From IMG/VR virus record IMGVR_UViG_3300028833_000087, positions 1 to 64,000 of that record: 64,000 nucleotides of DNA; one strand, written 5' to 3'. The translations under genes and the position numbers were made by a program. Source of the DNA: a virus (taxonomy: Duplodnaviria; Caudoviricetes). The notes below the pieces were generated by a model, which did no database searches, was not told where the DNA came from, and saw only the letters and a list, made by a program, of their open reading frames with translations. Positions 30,163 through 40,105 of the stretch are shown here, piece after piece (the stretch's first letter is position 1; each line of letters starts with the position of its first letter).

Positions 30163-31400
30163 AAACAATATGTCGCGCAGGCTAGGAATGGTCTGTTGAT
30201 AAACCACTTAATTGCTGGTAAGTCGAGGCTTGATGAGCTACAACGTAATCTGAAAAGATCAGCGTGAATGCGGTCGAAAGACAGAAAAAATCATCAAGAG
30301 GATATATGACGATAGTAAGTCTAAGTATCAAGTTTAACCGGCGATCAGCAGCTATTTAGAAAATCACATGAATTATTTGGTTAAGGAGGTGATACTTCTT
30401 GCCAAAGAAATTTAATAAATTAAATCCTTTTGGATTTTGTGATGTAGAAACATATATGATGGAACTGTTTTTGCCTATTTCAAATTTAGTTTTACCAGGT
30501 ATTTATGATTATTATTGTATAAGCACATATGGACGAGTATGGCATAGATATTTATGCAAATTTATAAGTCCAGGAATAAATGGTGCTGGTTATCCATTTT
30601 TCATGGCTTCTACAGAATCTGGTCCTAAACCTGTCCAGATTCATAGAGCAGTTATGATTACTTTTAATTATATAAGTAATCATGATGAATATGAAGTGAA
30701 TCATGAAGATGGAAATAAATGTAATAATCGTATAGATAATCTTACATGGATGACTCATAAAGAAAATGTAGATCATGCTTATAGAACTGGTTTACAGAAA
30801 AACAATGAGAATCATTGGAATTCAACTATAACAAATGAACAAGCTGTACAAATCTGTGAACTTCTTCAAGAAAATAAATATTTTCAAAAAGAAATAGCAA
30901 ATATAGTTGGATGCAATGAGAATGTAGTTTCTAGTATAAAGAAAAGAGAATCATGGGCAAATATATCTCAAAACTACATTTTTCAATCTAGACCTGGAAA
31001 ATTATTTGATGAAACTATGATTAGAAATATTTGCATATATTTCGAAAATAATCATATAGGTAACTTAACAGTTAATGATCATTGTAGAAATGCTTTGAGT
31101 TTCTGCGGATACGATAATAGTGAAAAATTTGTAGATACAGCAAGAAAAATTTATACAAGAAAATATTATACAAATATTTCATGTGATTATAAATTCTAAG
31201 TAGTTCAACGACTAGAGAAAGCAAAATATAAACCGTTTGAAATAACGGGGAAGCAAGTATCGTAGAGATGAAGTCATCTCGAAATGGTGGTTACCCCAAC
31301 ACATGAATTTGTAGTGGGTAGTGATATAGTCTAGTATCTCTCTGAAGAGAGGAAGTTCATAAGAGAACTGTGCAGCCTAACGAACTGCATGAATACAACG
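30163..31400 (+). mobile_element. group I intron in DNA polymerase, encoding an HNH endonuclease
   Basis: P1 CGAU/GUCG; AATTGCTGG, ATCAGCAG, GTTCAACGACTA, GATATAGTC; terminal G; splicing restores DYD|YKSLYPS. Confidence 0.92.
30399..31199 (+). CDS. intron-encoded HNH homing endonuclease
   Basis: IHRAV...VNHEDGNKCNNRIDNL.W....EN..HA plus HTH; TTG start after AAGGAGGT. Confidence 0.9.
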   Translation: MPKKFNKLNPFGFCDVETYMMELFLPISNLVLPGIYDYYCISTYGRVWHRYLCKFISPGINGAGYPFFMASTESGPKPVQIHRAVMITFNYISNHDEYEVNHEDGNKCNNRIDNLTWMTHKENVDHAYRTGLQKNNENHWNSTITNEQAVQICELLQENKYFQKEIANIVGCNENVVSSIKKRESWANISQNYIFQSRPGKLFDETMIRNICIYFENNHIGNLTVNDHCRNALSFCGYDNSEKFVDTARKIYTRKYYTNISCDYKF

Positions 31401-32042
31401 TACAAGTCCTTGTACCCTAGTATTATTCTCGAATTTAATATTGCATCTAATACTCAGATTGGTCGTCTTGATATCTTTAATAAATGGAAAGTTCTTGATA
31501 AAGAGTCTGGAAATATCTATTATATTAAGGATGCTGGTAATGCTTATGACTTTGAGTGGGCAGATATTAAAGAAGGAAATAAGATTGTTAAAATTAGAAA
31601 GCAAGTTAGTCTATATGAAGATGAAGATTTCACAAAGCCTGTAGCAGAAAATATAGATTATGTAGCTGAAAAATATGAGACAATCGAATATAAGAGAATC
31701 TATGAGCATGAAAATGCCTTTAGATATGAAAAACAATCTAGAGGTGGTGAATTTATAGAAAATATGGTTACAGATAATGTAATTGAATTTTCTAAGAGAT
31801 GGCTTGGTCTTGCAGGATTTAAAGAGATTCTTGAAGATATTAGTGAATATTATATGATGAAAACTAATATGCCTTTCGTAGATGATTGGATGCATCCTAT
31901 TAGACCTACTACAAAAGAACTTACTGTTCCAATGTATGAATCTACGACACCTAATGGCCATGTGAAACCTATGACATTAGTTGATCGTAAACAGGAAACA
32001 AAGGAGTATTATCATGCAGATCCAAGAAAATGGCTCAATTAA
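31401..32042 (+). CDS. family B DNA polymerase (N-terminal polypeptide), exon 2
   Basis: YKSLYPSII...NI; spliced product 720 aa, lacks motifs B and C. Confidence 0.85.
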   Translation, partial: YKSLYPSIILEFNIASNTQIGRLDIFNKWKVLDKESGNIYYIKDAGNAYDFEWADIKEGNKIVKIRKQVSLYEDEDFTKPVAENIDYVAEKYETIEYKRIYEHENAFRYEKQSRGGEFIENMVTDNVIEFSKRWLGLAGFKEILEDISEYYMMKTNMPFVDDWMHPIRPTTKELTVPMYESTTPNGHVKPMTLVDRKQETKEYYHADPRKWLN

Positions 32043-32622
32043 TAAATTATGGATGAAGTATGCTAAGGGGATTTTGAAATCTAATGAAATCCCCAATGCA
32101 TATTTTATTGTAAATGATAATATACTGTTAATAGTATTACATTCAACGATATTATATTCTGTTACATTACCAGAACACACAGGAATTTATAAATCATTTA
32201 CAGCTTTTATAGATGATAATAAAGAAATGATTCCTGTAGAATTAAATGAGAATTATAATATAAATATAAACAAAACAAGAGAATATTATTATAATTTATA
32301 TTATAATTTTAATCAGTATCAAATAATGTATTCTGATTTTAATGTAACAGAAAATCCTAATTATAAAGAATTAATGGATCTTAAAGCTGCAGACGGTATG
32401 AGATTATATAAAATACATGCAATAATAGCTTTAGGTATGGTTCATGTATGGTATGTACCTGTATTTTCAGGATTTCCGTCATTAAATAAATCTGATACAG
32501 CAGATATTCATATTAGAAAGTCTAATATGAAAGATAAATATTATATAGTAAATTATAAGATTCATAAAGCAAAAATAAAAACAGATGTAGATATGTGGTT
32601 TACAGCTGTAGAATTGGGGTGA
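32014..32622 (+). CDS. hypothetical protein
   Basis: AAGGAG RBS before ATG 32014. Confidence 0.7.
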   Translation: MQIQENGSINKLWMKYAKGILKSNEIPNAYFIVNDNILLIVLHSTILYSVTLPEHTGIYKSFTAFIDDNKEMIPVELNENYNININKTREYYYNLYYNFNQYQIMYSDFNVTENPNYKELMDLKAADGMRLYKIHAIIALGMVHVWYVPVFSGFPSLNKSDTADIHIRKSNMKDKYYIVNYKIHKAKIKTDVDMWFTAVELG

Positions 32623-32626
32623 TCAT

Positions 32627-32923
32627 ATGAGAAATCCTGTTATTGTAGATCCTATAAGTTTTATTCAGAAATTTCTTGATAAACAAGAAAAAACCAGAAT
32701 ATATATTTATAAAGAATTACAAATACTACACGATATAGACATAGATAATAGCTACAAAGAACAATATCTGAATACTATGTTTACAGAATTATATTTTAAA
32801 TGCGCTAATAATACTGTAAGAACTAAATGTCTTAAATGCAAATATTCAGAAGAATGTGATAAATATAGGTCTGAAGCATTACGCACTTTAGAAATTCCGC
32901 AATTTAATCCATATGAAATGTAG
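32627..32923 (+). CDS. Cys-rich small protein
   Basis: YFKC...CLKCKY..EC.K. Confidence 0.7.
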   Translation: MRNPVIVDPISFIQKFLDKQEKTRIYIYKELQILHDIDIDNSYKEQYLNTMFTELYFKCANNTVRTKCLKCKYSEECDKYRSEALRTLEIPQFNPYEM

Positions 32924-32931
32924 GAGGAAAT

Positions 32932-33300
32932 ATGCTTCTTTACCAACGAATGTTAATAAAAGATATACAAATACATGGAATAAAAGAATCTAAAATAGAT
33001 GAATCTTTAAAAGAAAAAGTTCTTTTGGATATGTATTATAAATGCTCATTAGAAACTACTGAACAAGAATGCAATGAAACTTGTTGTAGATATAAAAATG
33101 AATGCTATAAAATGAGAAAAGCAGATATGGAAGAATATATGAAGGTTGTTAATGAGAATGGAAATATTGCTGATCAAGAAGGTAAATGTGATATTTTAAC
33201 AGGTGAAGCGCCAGAAGCATCAAGATATAATATTACTTGTTGTAAAAATTGTTATAGATTTCATATTTGTTTAAGAGCAGCAAATAAGGAGAAAGAATAA
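32932..33300 (+). CDS. Cys-rich small protein, paralogue of the upstream ORF
   Basis: YYKC...C...CCRY..EC.K plus second Cys cluster. Confidence 0.7.
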   Translation: MLLYQRMLIKDIQIHGIKESKIDESLKEKVLLDMYYKCSLETTEQECNETCCRYKNECYKMRKADMEEYMKVVNENGNIADQEGKCDILTGEAPEASRYNITCCKNCYRFHICLRAANKEKE

Positions 33301-33957
33301 TGGGATACTATTTTAATCTTATAAATGATTGGTTTGGTAAAAATAAATTTAAAATTTCGTTTTATAAAAGAACTTCTGTTATGATTAAACCAGGACTTAC
33401 AGTCCTGGTTGGATGTAATGGTATTGGCAAGACAACTTTTCTTCAACAATTAGAATGTGATCTTAAAGAAAAGAAAGAGAAATATATATTTTATAATAAT
33501 CTTTTAGATGGTGGAAACAATGCAAGACAAGCTGCATTAAATAGAGATGATATAGAATTTGTTATGACTTCAGCTGTATCTAGTGAAGGAGAAAATATAC
33601 AGCTTAATATTGGTAGGCTTGCTGGAAGAATTGGATATCTAATACATAATAAATTGGAGCAAAAAGATAAAAAAAATATTTATATTGCTCGATGCAGTTG
33701 ATTCTGGATTAAGTATAGATTATATAGATGAATTAAAAGAAAAACTGTTTCAATTTATAATAGATGATTGTAAGAAAAAAGGTATAGATATATATTTTGT
33801 AGTATCTGCTAATTCATATGAGATGGCTAGAGAATCAGATTGTTTTGATGTATATGAAGGCAAGTATAAAAAGTTTAAAGATTATGAAGAATATAGAGAG
33901 TTTATCTTAGAAAGAAGAAAAATAAAAGAAATGAGGTATGGTGATGAAATTGATTAG
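33300..33957 (+). pseudogene. ABC-type ATPase frameshifted at A8 run (33669-33676)
   Basis: Walker A GCNGIGKTT and SSEGE in frame 0; Walker B/D-loop IFILLDAVDSGLS in +1 frame. Confidence 0.75.
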
Positions 33958-34873
33958 TTACGAATCTTCGTTAGAAAGATCAGATCACATGTTTAAGAAT
34001 ACATTAATAAAAATTTTACTTAATGGATCAAAGGATATTAATCCTAGACCTAAATATGCAGATGGCACACCTGCTCATACAATAAGCATTAATGGTGTTG
34101 TAATGAAGTATGATTTATCTAAGGGAGAATTTCCTTTAATTTCATTAAGACCTATAGCATATAAGTCTGCTATTAAAGAGATTTTATGGATTTATCAAGA
34201 CCAGACATCTGATCTTAATATATTAAGAGATAAGTATGGAGTTACTTGGTGGGATGAATGGGCAGTTCCCGATCCTGTATCTCCTAATGGATTGATGAAA
34301 ACTAGTTCTTCTATAGGATCCTGTTATGGTCATACCGTTAAGAGATATGATATGATGAATAAAATTCTTGATGGATTGAAGAATGATCCTGATTCAAGAA
34401 GACATATTATAAATCTTTGGCAGGAAGAAGAATTTAAAGAACCTCATGGATTAAAACCTTGTGCTTTATATACTCAGTATATTGTAAGACATAATAAGAA
34501 TGAAGAGACAGGAGAGAATACAGATTATCTTGATGCTATTCTTATGCTTAGATCTTCAGATTTTATTATGGCAGGTACAATTAATGCAGTTCAGTATGCT
34601 GTATTATTATGCTTAGTTGCTAGGCATTGTGGTTATGAACCTGGTGAGTTAACTGTAATGTATAATAACTGCCAGATTTATGACAGGCATATAGAAGCTG
34701 CTAAAGAAATGGTTAATAATAGAAAAACTGTACATGGTAATCCCAAAGTGGTATTAAATCCTGATAAGACAAATTTCTATGATTTTACAATAGATGATAT
34801 TACTATTGAAGGATATCCTATTAAAACTATAAAAGATCAGAATCCTCAGTTTAATTTAGATATTGGTATTTAA
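33944..34873 (+). CDS. thyA: thymidylate synthase
   Basis: WDEW, YG, PDSRRHI, LKPC, RSSD, N of INAVQY, IYDRH. Confidence 0.92.
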   Translation: MKLISYESSLERSDHMFKNTLIKILLNGSKDINPRPKYADGTPAHTISINGVVMKYDLSKGEFPLISLRPIAYKSAIKEILWIYQDQTSDLNILRDKYGVTWWDEWAVPDPVSPNGLMKTSSSIGSCYGHTVKRYDMMNKILDGLKNDPDSRRHIINLWQEEEFKEPHGLKPCALYTQYIVRHNKNEETGENTDYLDAILMLRSSDFIMAGTINAVQYAVLLCLVARHCGYEPGELTVMYNNCQIYDRHIEAAKEMVNNRKTVHGNPKVVLNPDKTNFYDFTIDDITIEGYPIKTIKDQNPQFNLDIGI

Positions 34874-34903
34874 ATAAAGGGAGCTACGGCTCCCTTTATT
34901 TTT
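34873..34903 (+). terminator. intrinsic terminator
   Basis: AATAAAGGGAGC-TACG-GCTCCCTTTATT then T-run. Confidence 0.8.
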
Positions 34904-34950
34904 ATTATCATTTAAACACGAGTATAATGATAATAAGGAGGTACCATAAA

Positions 34951-35682
34951 ATGGATTTAAAAGCTAGATACCTACATTTAGAAACTAAACAAACTCCTAT
35001 GGAAATTCCATACGATCACAATAGAGCTGTATATCAAGATTCATATCCTGAACAAAATCAAGAATTTTTAAATAAAAGATTTAATCTTACATTTAGAGAT
35101 CTTAGACAACCTGATACAATTCTAGAGGAATTTGAAGAAAAAGAAGTAAGACAAAGAATATTTAAATGTATAAGATGGGATGTTTCTGAACCTAAAAGAT
35201 GTGTATTTGTTTCTGAAGATTTTGAGTATATTGTACAATTTACTGTAGAAAATGTCCATCCGTTTTCTGTAGATGTATATAACGATACAGAAGGATATTT
35301 ATATACTGTAAGAATTATTAATTCAGTATATGAGCAAGTTGCAGCATATCCTGAGCAAGAAATAAATGTAATAGGATTGGCAGGCACAATTCAATATGGA
35401 TGGATATTTAATGATAGAATGCTTAAAGAGGATACTAATCCTCAAAAAGCTATCGTATTAATGTCTACTTTATCTGAACCTCTTAGTGATATATTTATCA
35501 CTATTAATGATGAAGATAATACTTTTAAGGTATATGATGGCTCTGAAGTATGGTTTAAAATTGATGAGGATTTTGTTCCTCCACAAGAGTTACAGAATTT
35601 GCCAAGTACTCAAAAAATCGTAAAATATAGAGAGTATTATTTTAGAGGGAGAGTACCTTATGGAATACATGAAGATAGCTGA
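34951..35682 (+). CDS. hypothetical protein
   Basis: AAGGAGG RBS; ACA-N6-TAAT at 34916. Confidence 0.8.
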   Translation: MDLKARYLHLETKQTPMEIPYDHNRAVYQDSYPEQNQEFLNKRFNLTFRDLRQPDTILEEFEEKEVRQRIFKCIRWDVSEPKRCVFVSEDFEYIVQFTVENVHPFSVDVYNDTEGYLYTVRIINSVYEQVAAYPEQEINVIGLAGTIQYGWIFNDRMLKEDTNPQKAIVLMSTLSEPLSDIFITINDEDNTFKVYDGSEVWFKIDEDFVPPQELQNLPSTQKIVKYREYYFRGRVPYGIHEDS

Positions 35683-36565
35683 TTTTAAAGAAAATAAAAT
35701 TATAATAAAGAAATCTGATAAATTTGTAATAAATAATCTTATGCCTGTAGGATTTAGAGAACAGGAAAAGAATAATTTTATTTTTCTTTTTTTAGCTAAT
35801 CAAGATTTTGATGATACCAATATATATTTACAGTTGTTCTTTTCTGCTTCAAATCAGTTTGAATATGATTCTATAAAAAGGCATCCTAATTATATAAAGA
35901 ATTATAAAAATAATCCGGATTCTCTTGATATGTATAAAAAGATGATATCTAATATAAATAAAGATAATTTATATATTACAGATTTTTATATGACAAGAAA
36001 TCCGGATTTCCCGTTATATTATAATTCTTATGCTTATAAAGTCATAAATGATACTGATATTGAGAAGATGAATATATTTATTCCAAGGAATACTTTTGTA
36101 AAATTGAAGTGTTTATTGGGAAATTATAATATATTATCACCATTGCTTCCTACATCTTTAATGTATAAATTAAATATACAGAATATAAAATTTTCTCTTG
36201 TTAGCAGAATAAAGAATATTGGATCTACAATGGTTAGGCACAATGAAATTGATTATATAGATACTCATTATGTAATAAGAGCCGATAATAAAATCTACGC
36301 TATAAATTATAGATCCAAACCAAAACCTCATTTTCTTCCAATGAATATAATGGGACAAGATGATTTTTCTAAATATAAAAATGATTATTATTTAGAATAT
36401 ATATTTACATTTGAAGATAAAGTATATATTATATATCCTGAAGAAAATGATAATAAAGTGATTCTTATAATTGACAAGGATCAAATAAATAATACAAATT
36501 TTATAAATCCATATAATACGATTTACAAGGAGGAAAAGAGAAATGAGAGCACTGAAAATCAATGA
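35660..36565 (+). CDS. hypothetical protein
   Basis: 301-aa ORF. Confidence 0.75.
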   Translation: MEYMKIADFKENKIIIKKSDKFVINNLMPVGFREQEKNNFIFLFLANQDFDDTNIYLQLFFSASNQFEYDSIKRHPNYIKNYKNNPDSLDMYKKMISNINKDNLYITDFYMTRNPDFPLYYNSYAYKVINDTDIEKMNIFIPRNTFVKLKCLLGNYNILSPLLPTSLMYKLNIQNIKFSLVSRIKNIGSTMVRHNEIDYIDTHYVIRADNKIYAINYRSKPKPHFLPMNIMGQDDFSKYKNDYYLEYIFTFEDKVYIIYPEENDNKVILIIDKDQINNTNFINPYNTIYKEEKRNESTENQ

Positions 36566-37550
36566 CATGTTAAAGCATGATAGTACGATGCTTTATAATC
36601 AGAATTATTATGATAATAAGGAAAAATCTTCTGATACTGAAGAGAAACAGATTGCTGGATTAAATATACCTTCTGATCTTGATGTAAATAAATTTATTAA
36701 ATCTGATGATGATAAAATTATTAAAAGTATTACACCTTTGACTTTATATAATTATAAAGTATCATATCATGATTATGTGCAATTATCTTATTTAGTAAAA
36801 AATGCTACCGGAAAAATATTTATTATTTCTACAATATATGATGCTGTATATGAAGGGGATGATAAAATTTTAGATTTTATTAAAAATCATGTATCATTTT
36901 ATGATGATAAACAATATATAGATAATAAATCCAGGGAGCTTGTTAATAAAACATTAATAAATACATTACCTAATTTTTATTTTGATGGAAATATTGATTT
37001 TGTTGGCGAAAATACATTTTCTATAAATGCAGTTGTAGGTGACGGTATCTATGAGAATGAGGTACAATTTACATTCGATATTGCTATTGCAAATACTATT
37101 AAATTTACTCAGGTTTATATTAGTGAATGTACTTTAAATAATCATGATATTGTATTATGTAATATTCATGGCTCTAATGATACTGAAATGAATTTGTTTA
37201 TAGTGGATAAGGTATTAGATATTATTAATATTGCCACTGTGAATGAACAAAAGACTGCTATATCTATAATGCTTAAAGTTGCTGATAAAGAAGGCAATGA
37301 ATCATTTGTATTATTCTTATGCAATTATGTAAATAATAAAATTCTTAGCAAAGTTAATAGTACACTTGATGATATTTCTAATATGTATAATAATAACGAG
37401 GATTATTGGTTAGCTGAATTCTTCTATAGTACAAAAATAGGAGATGATGGTTGTGTAATTTATTCTACTAAGAATAACAAGTGCAAATATACAACCTTTA
37501 TATTCAATAAAGAATCTGTAGATCAAATTGAAGTATTATTAAATAAATAA
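36543..37550 (+). CDS. hypothetical protein
   Basis: 335-aa ORF, AAGGAGG RBS. Confidence 0.8.
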   Translation: MRALKINDMLKHDSTMLYNQNYYDNKEKSSDTEEKQIAGLNIPSDLDVNKFIKSDDDKIIKSITPLTLYNYKVSYHDYVQLSYLVKNATGKIFIISTIYDAVYEGDDKILDFIKNHVSFYDDKQYIDNKSRELVNKTLINTLPNFYFDGNIDFVGENTFSINAVVGDGIYENEVQFTFDIAIANTIKFTQVYISECTLNNHDIVLCNIHGSNDTEMNLFIVDKVLDIINIATVNEQKTAISIMLKVADKEGNESFVLFLCNYVNNKILSKVNSTLDDISNMYNNNEDYWLAEFFYSTKIGDDGCVIYSTKNNKCKYTTFIFNKESVDQIEVLLNK

Positions 37551-37688
37551 AAAAGAGTTTGGTCCTAGGGGATATGCCCCTAGGACCAAACTCTTTATGG
37601 TAAACACTAAATTTATTGCACTTTAGAAAGGTAGGTATTTCTGAATAAAATTTGCTCTAGGAGGTAACAAACTTTACAAGTGCAATTT
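37547..37688 (-). ncRNA. candidate sRNA with anti-SD loops
   Basis: class-2 motif at 37686-37698(-), 9-bp closing stem, two hairpins, terminator, no ORF. Confidence 0.5.
37552..37596. terminator. 20-bp perfect hairpin, bidirectional terminator
   Basis: AAAGAGTTTGGTCCTAGGGG-ATATG-CCCCTAGGACCAAACTCTTT; U-run on minus strand. Confidence 0.8.
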
Positions 37689-37738
37689 ATAATATAGTTA
37701 AACTTATAAATAAACTATTTATAAGGAGAGCTAAAATC

Positions 37739-38218
37739 ATGATTTATCCAGCTAAAATAAGCTCTTTTCTGAATAAACACCCATTATATGTTCCATATAA
37801 AATATGTAAACCAAATGAACGATTAAAATATTATAGAAGATATTGGTTTGAAGATAGACAGGAAATTATAAAGGTTTTAGAAATATATGAAATAGATGAC
37901 ATTGAATATTATTTTATAAAAATAGGGACAAGTTTATATGGATCAATACCTTATCCAGTAAAAGAAGCTACATATGAATTGGTGCCAGATACAAAAGATT
38001 TATTTTCAAGAGATAATATTATAGGAGATAATAATTATTATACAGGAGCAGAAATAAAATTTTGGTTCTTTTTACATAAAGAGATTTTAAGAAAATATAG
38101 TAAAGATATAGTATCTTTTATAGATCCAGATAGTAAAAATGTATTAAATGATAATATATATTATAAACTAGAATACTATAAAGAATCAATAAAAATAAAT
38201 AAAAAGAATATCCCCTGA
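37739..38218 (+). CDS. hypothetical protein
   Basis: 159 aa, AAGGAG RBS. Confidence 0.75.
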   Translation: MIYPAKISSFLNKHPLYVPYKICKPNERLKYYRRYWFEDRQEIIKVLEIYEIDDIEYYFIKIGTSLYGSIPYPVKEATYELVPDTKDLFSRDNIIGDNNYYTGAEIKFWFFLHKEILRKYSKDIVSFIDPDSKNVLNDNIYYKLEYYKESIKINKKNIP

Positions 38219-38243
38219 GGCATAAACCTCAGGGGATATTCTT
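38204..38243. terminator. bidirectional terminator
   Basis: 17-bp perfect stem. Confidence 0.8.
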
Positions 38244-38279
38244 CAATTAGGAGAAAATATATAAACAATGAAAACAACC

Positions 38280-38894
38280 TTAGCTCATATCGTCCGGATT
38301 GTATTTGTATCTCTCACTAGCAATAACAATCTTGTTAGCACGACATACAATACTATAGGACAGCTTCGGATATTTACCAGGTTCATCCTTTGCATAAGAA
38401 ACAGTAGTTGCAAAATAGCAAGGATAGTATGCAACTAATTCTGCAAGTAATTTAATTTCATCTGTATTCAGATCTTCATCCTGTCTATCTTCATCGTTAA
38501 GAATATGAAGAATCTCAAGCAGTCTATCAGCCTGCTCTTTAGGAAGATCTATATCTGATCTTACAAAAATATACGTTGTATATTCCTTGTCTTCATTAAA
38601 CCAAGCCAAACGACTCTTGGTAAAATATTCAGAAAGCAACGGAATAGATGTTAATGATACAGGTCTAGAATCCAGACATTTTCTTACCACAGTAATATTT
38701 TGATTATTCAGTAATGAATCAAGACGATCTGGATCTACAGTAAAAGCTAAGTCTCTAGATGCTTTGTCATTTCTCTTAGCAGATTTTTCAATTGCAAGCT
38801 TGATATCATTGTAGTCAATAGTATACGGACGTACATTACCATGCTTGTCATTACGCGGTGTGGACTGCTGCCCATCAGTGTTAGGATTAGCCAT
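38280..38894 (-). CDS. hypothetical protein
   Basis: 204 aa, AAGGAG RBS; ACA-N6-TAAT at 38957-38969. Confidence 0.8.
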   Translation of the reverse strand: MANPNTDGQQSTPRNDKHGNVRPYTIDYNDIKLAIEKSAKRNDKASRDLAFTVDPDRLDSLLNNQNITVVRKCLDSRPVSLTSIPLLSEYFTKSRLAWFNEDKEYTTYIFVRSDIDLPKEQADRLLEILHILNDEDRQDEDLNTDEIKLLAELVAYYPCYFATTVSYAKDEPGKYPKLSYSIVCRANKIVIASERYKYNPDDMS

Positions 38895-39036
38895 CTTTTC
38901 AGTCTCCTTTTCTTTTTATTAGATTTGATAAATAAATTAGCTCTCATCAAATGATGATTAATGTAATGTATAGAAAATCATTAAAAATAACAAGCATATT
39001 TAACTCTCATATAATCATATTATAGGAGGTTATACA

Positions 39037-39765
39037 ATGGAAACTGTTATAGATGAATATGGTATTAAACTTATAAAGAAAATTGAAAAGTGTCATTTAA
39101 CTGCAGTAAAATCTCCTTTTGGAAATATTATAGGATATGGACATAAATATTCAGATAAAGAGAAAATAACTCAAGAAGAAGCAGAAGAATTATTAAAATT
39201 AGATTGGATAATTTGTGCAGATTTTGTTTATAATAAAGAATATGTACCATTTATAGATTTATTAAATAAAAATCAAATAAATGCTTTAATATCATTTACT
39301 ATGGATTGTGGTGTTGTAAGTTTAAAGAAATTATGTGTAAGACCTTTATCTAAAATTCCAAATGCTATGCTTGGTTTTATTTCTGTTGAAGGAATTCCAA
39401 ATGAAGAAAAAGCTAAAAGAAGATTTATAGAACGTGCTATATTTTTATCTACAGAAGATAATAAAAATATAGAGAATATAAAAGAAATAGATCAAGCAAT
39501 GCTTAATAGACTATTTGATAAAAAATATGTAAATAAATTTCCGGTTCCTGATAAAGAATTTTCAAGAAATAAATGTAATCTTGATCAAACAAAATGGTTA
39601 CAGACAGCATTAAAATATGTAGGCTATTATAATGGAAATATTGATGGTGTATTTGGTTCAGATACATATAATGCTGTAAAGTTGTTCCAAAAGGAATATA
39701 CTTTTAAAAAGCCAGATGGTATTATGGATTTAGAATCTATAAATATATTACAAAAATTAGTATAA
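39037..39765 (+). CDS. GH24-like lysozyme domain plus peptidoglycan-binding domain
   Basis: GIKLIKKIE...IGYGH, NQINALISF, RRFIE; WLQTAL...IDGVFG..T..AVK.FQ...DGI. Confidence 0.8.
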   Translation: METVIDEYGIKLIKKIEKCHLTAVKSPFGNIIGYGHKYSDKEKITQEEAEELLKLDWIICADFVYNKEYVPFIDLLNKNQINALISFTMDCGVVSLKKLCVRPLSKIPNAMLGFISVEGIPNEEKAKRRFIERAIFLSTEDNKNIENIKEIDQAMLNRLFDKKYVNKFPVPDKEFSRNKCNLDQTKWLQTALKYVGYYNGNIDGVFGSDTYNAVKLFQKEYTFKKPDGIMDLESINILQKLV

Positions 39766-39769
39766 ATAT

Positions 39770-39796
39770 ATCCTCCAGGAAAAATTCCTGGAGGAT
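39770..39796 (+). terminator. intrinsic terminator
   Basis: ATCCTCCAGGAA/TTCCTGGAGGAT. Confidence 0.75.
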
Positions 39797-39809
39797 TAAT
39801 TTTCTTTAT

Positions 39810-39829
39810 AATTGTATATTATAATTATG
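39810..39829 (+). promoter_or_regulatory. class-1 (putative early) phage promoter
   Basis: AATTGTATATTATAATTATG. Confidence 0.6.
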
Positions 39830-39866
39830 GTAAATACATTAAATTTATACCGAAAGGAGAAACAAA

Positions 39867-40091
39867 ATGAAAAGTATTTTAAAGAAAGTTGCAACAGATG
39901 ATGAATTTAACGAAAGGAATGATATTGACCAGAACGGTGAATATATAATAGCCGAAGGTGATATCAAAGATCTTATTATTAAAGCAAAATCTATTTCTGA
40001 TGCTTGTAATGGTGAAGAAGTAGAAATGCGAATTGTAGATAAAGATGGTACAACAAGACATACATTTGATGAAAATGGAATGGTAAACTAA
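39867..40091 (+). CDS. hypothetical protein
   Basis: 74 aa, AAGGAG RBS. Confidence 0.75.
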   Translation: MKSILKKVATDDEFNERNDIDQNGEYIIAEGDIKDLIIKAKSISDACNGEEVEMRIVDKDGTTRHTFDENGMVN

Positions 40092-40105
40092 GAAAGGAAA
40101 TAAAA

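Noticed and set aside
38268-38438. Plus-strand short ORF with AGGAG, antisense to 38280-38894
   Set aside because: RBS spacing too long, lies downstream of a terminator, fully antisense to a real gene
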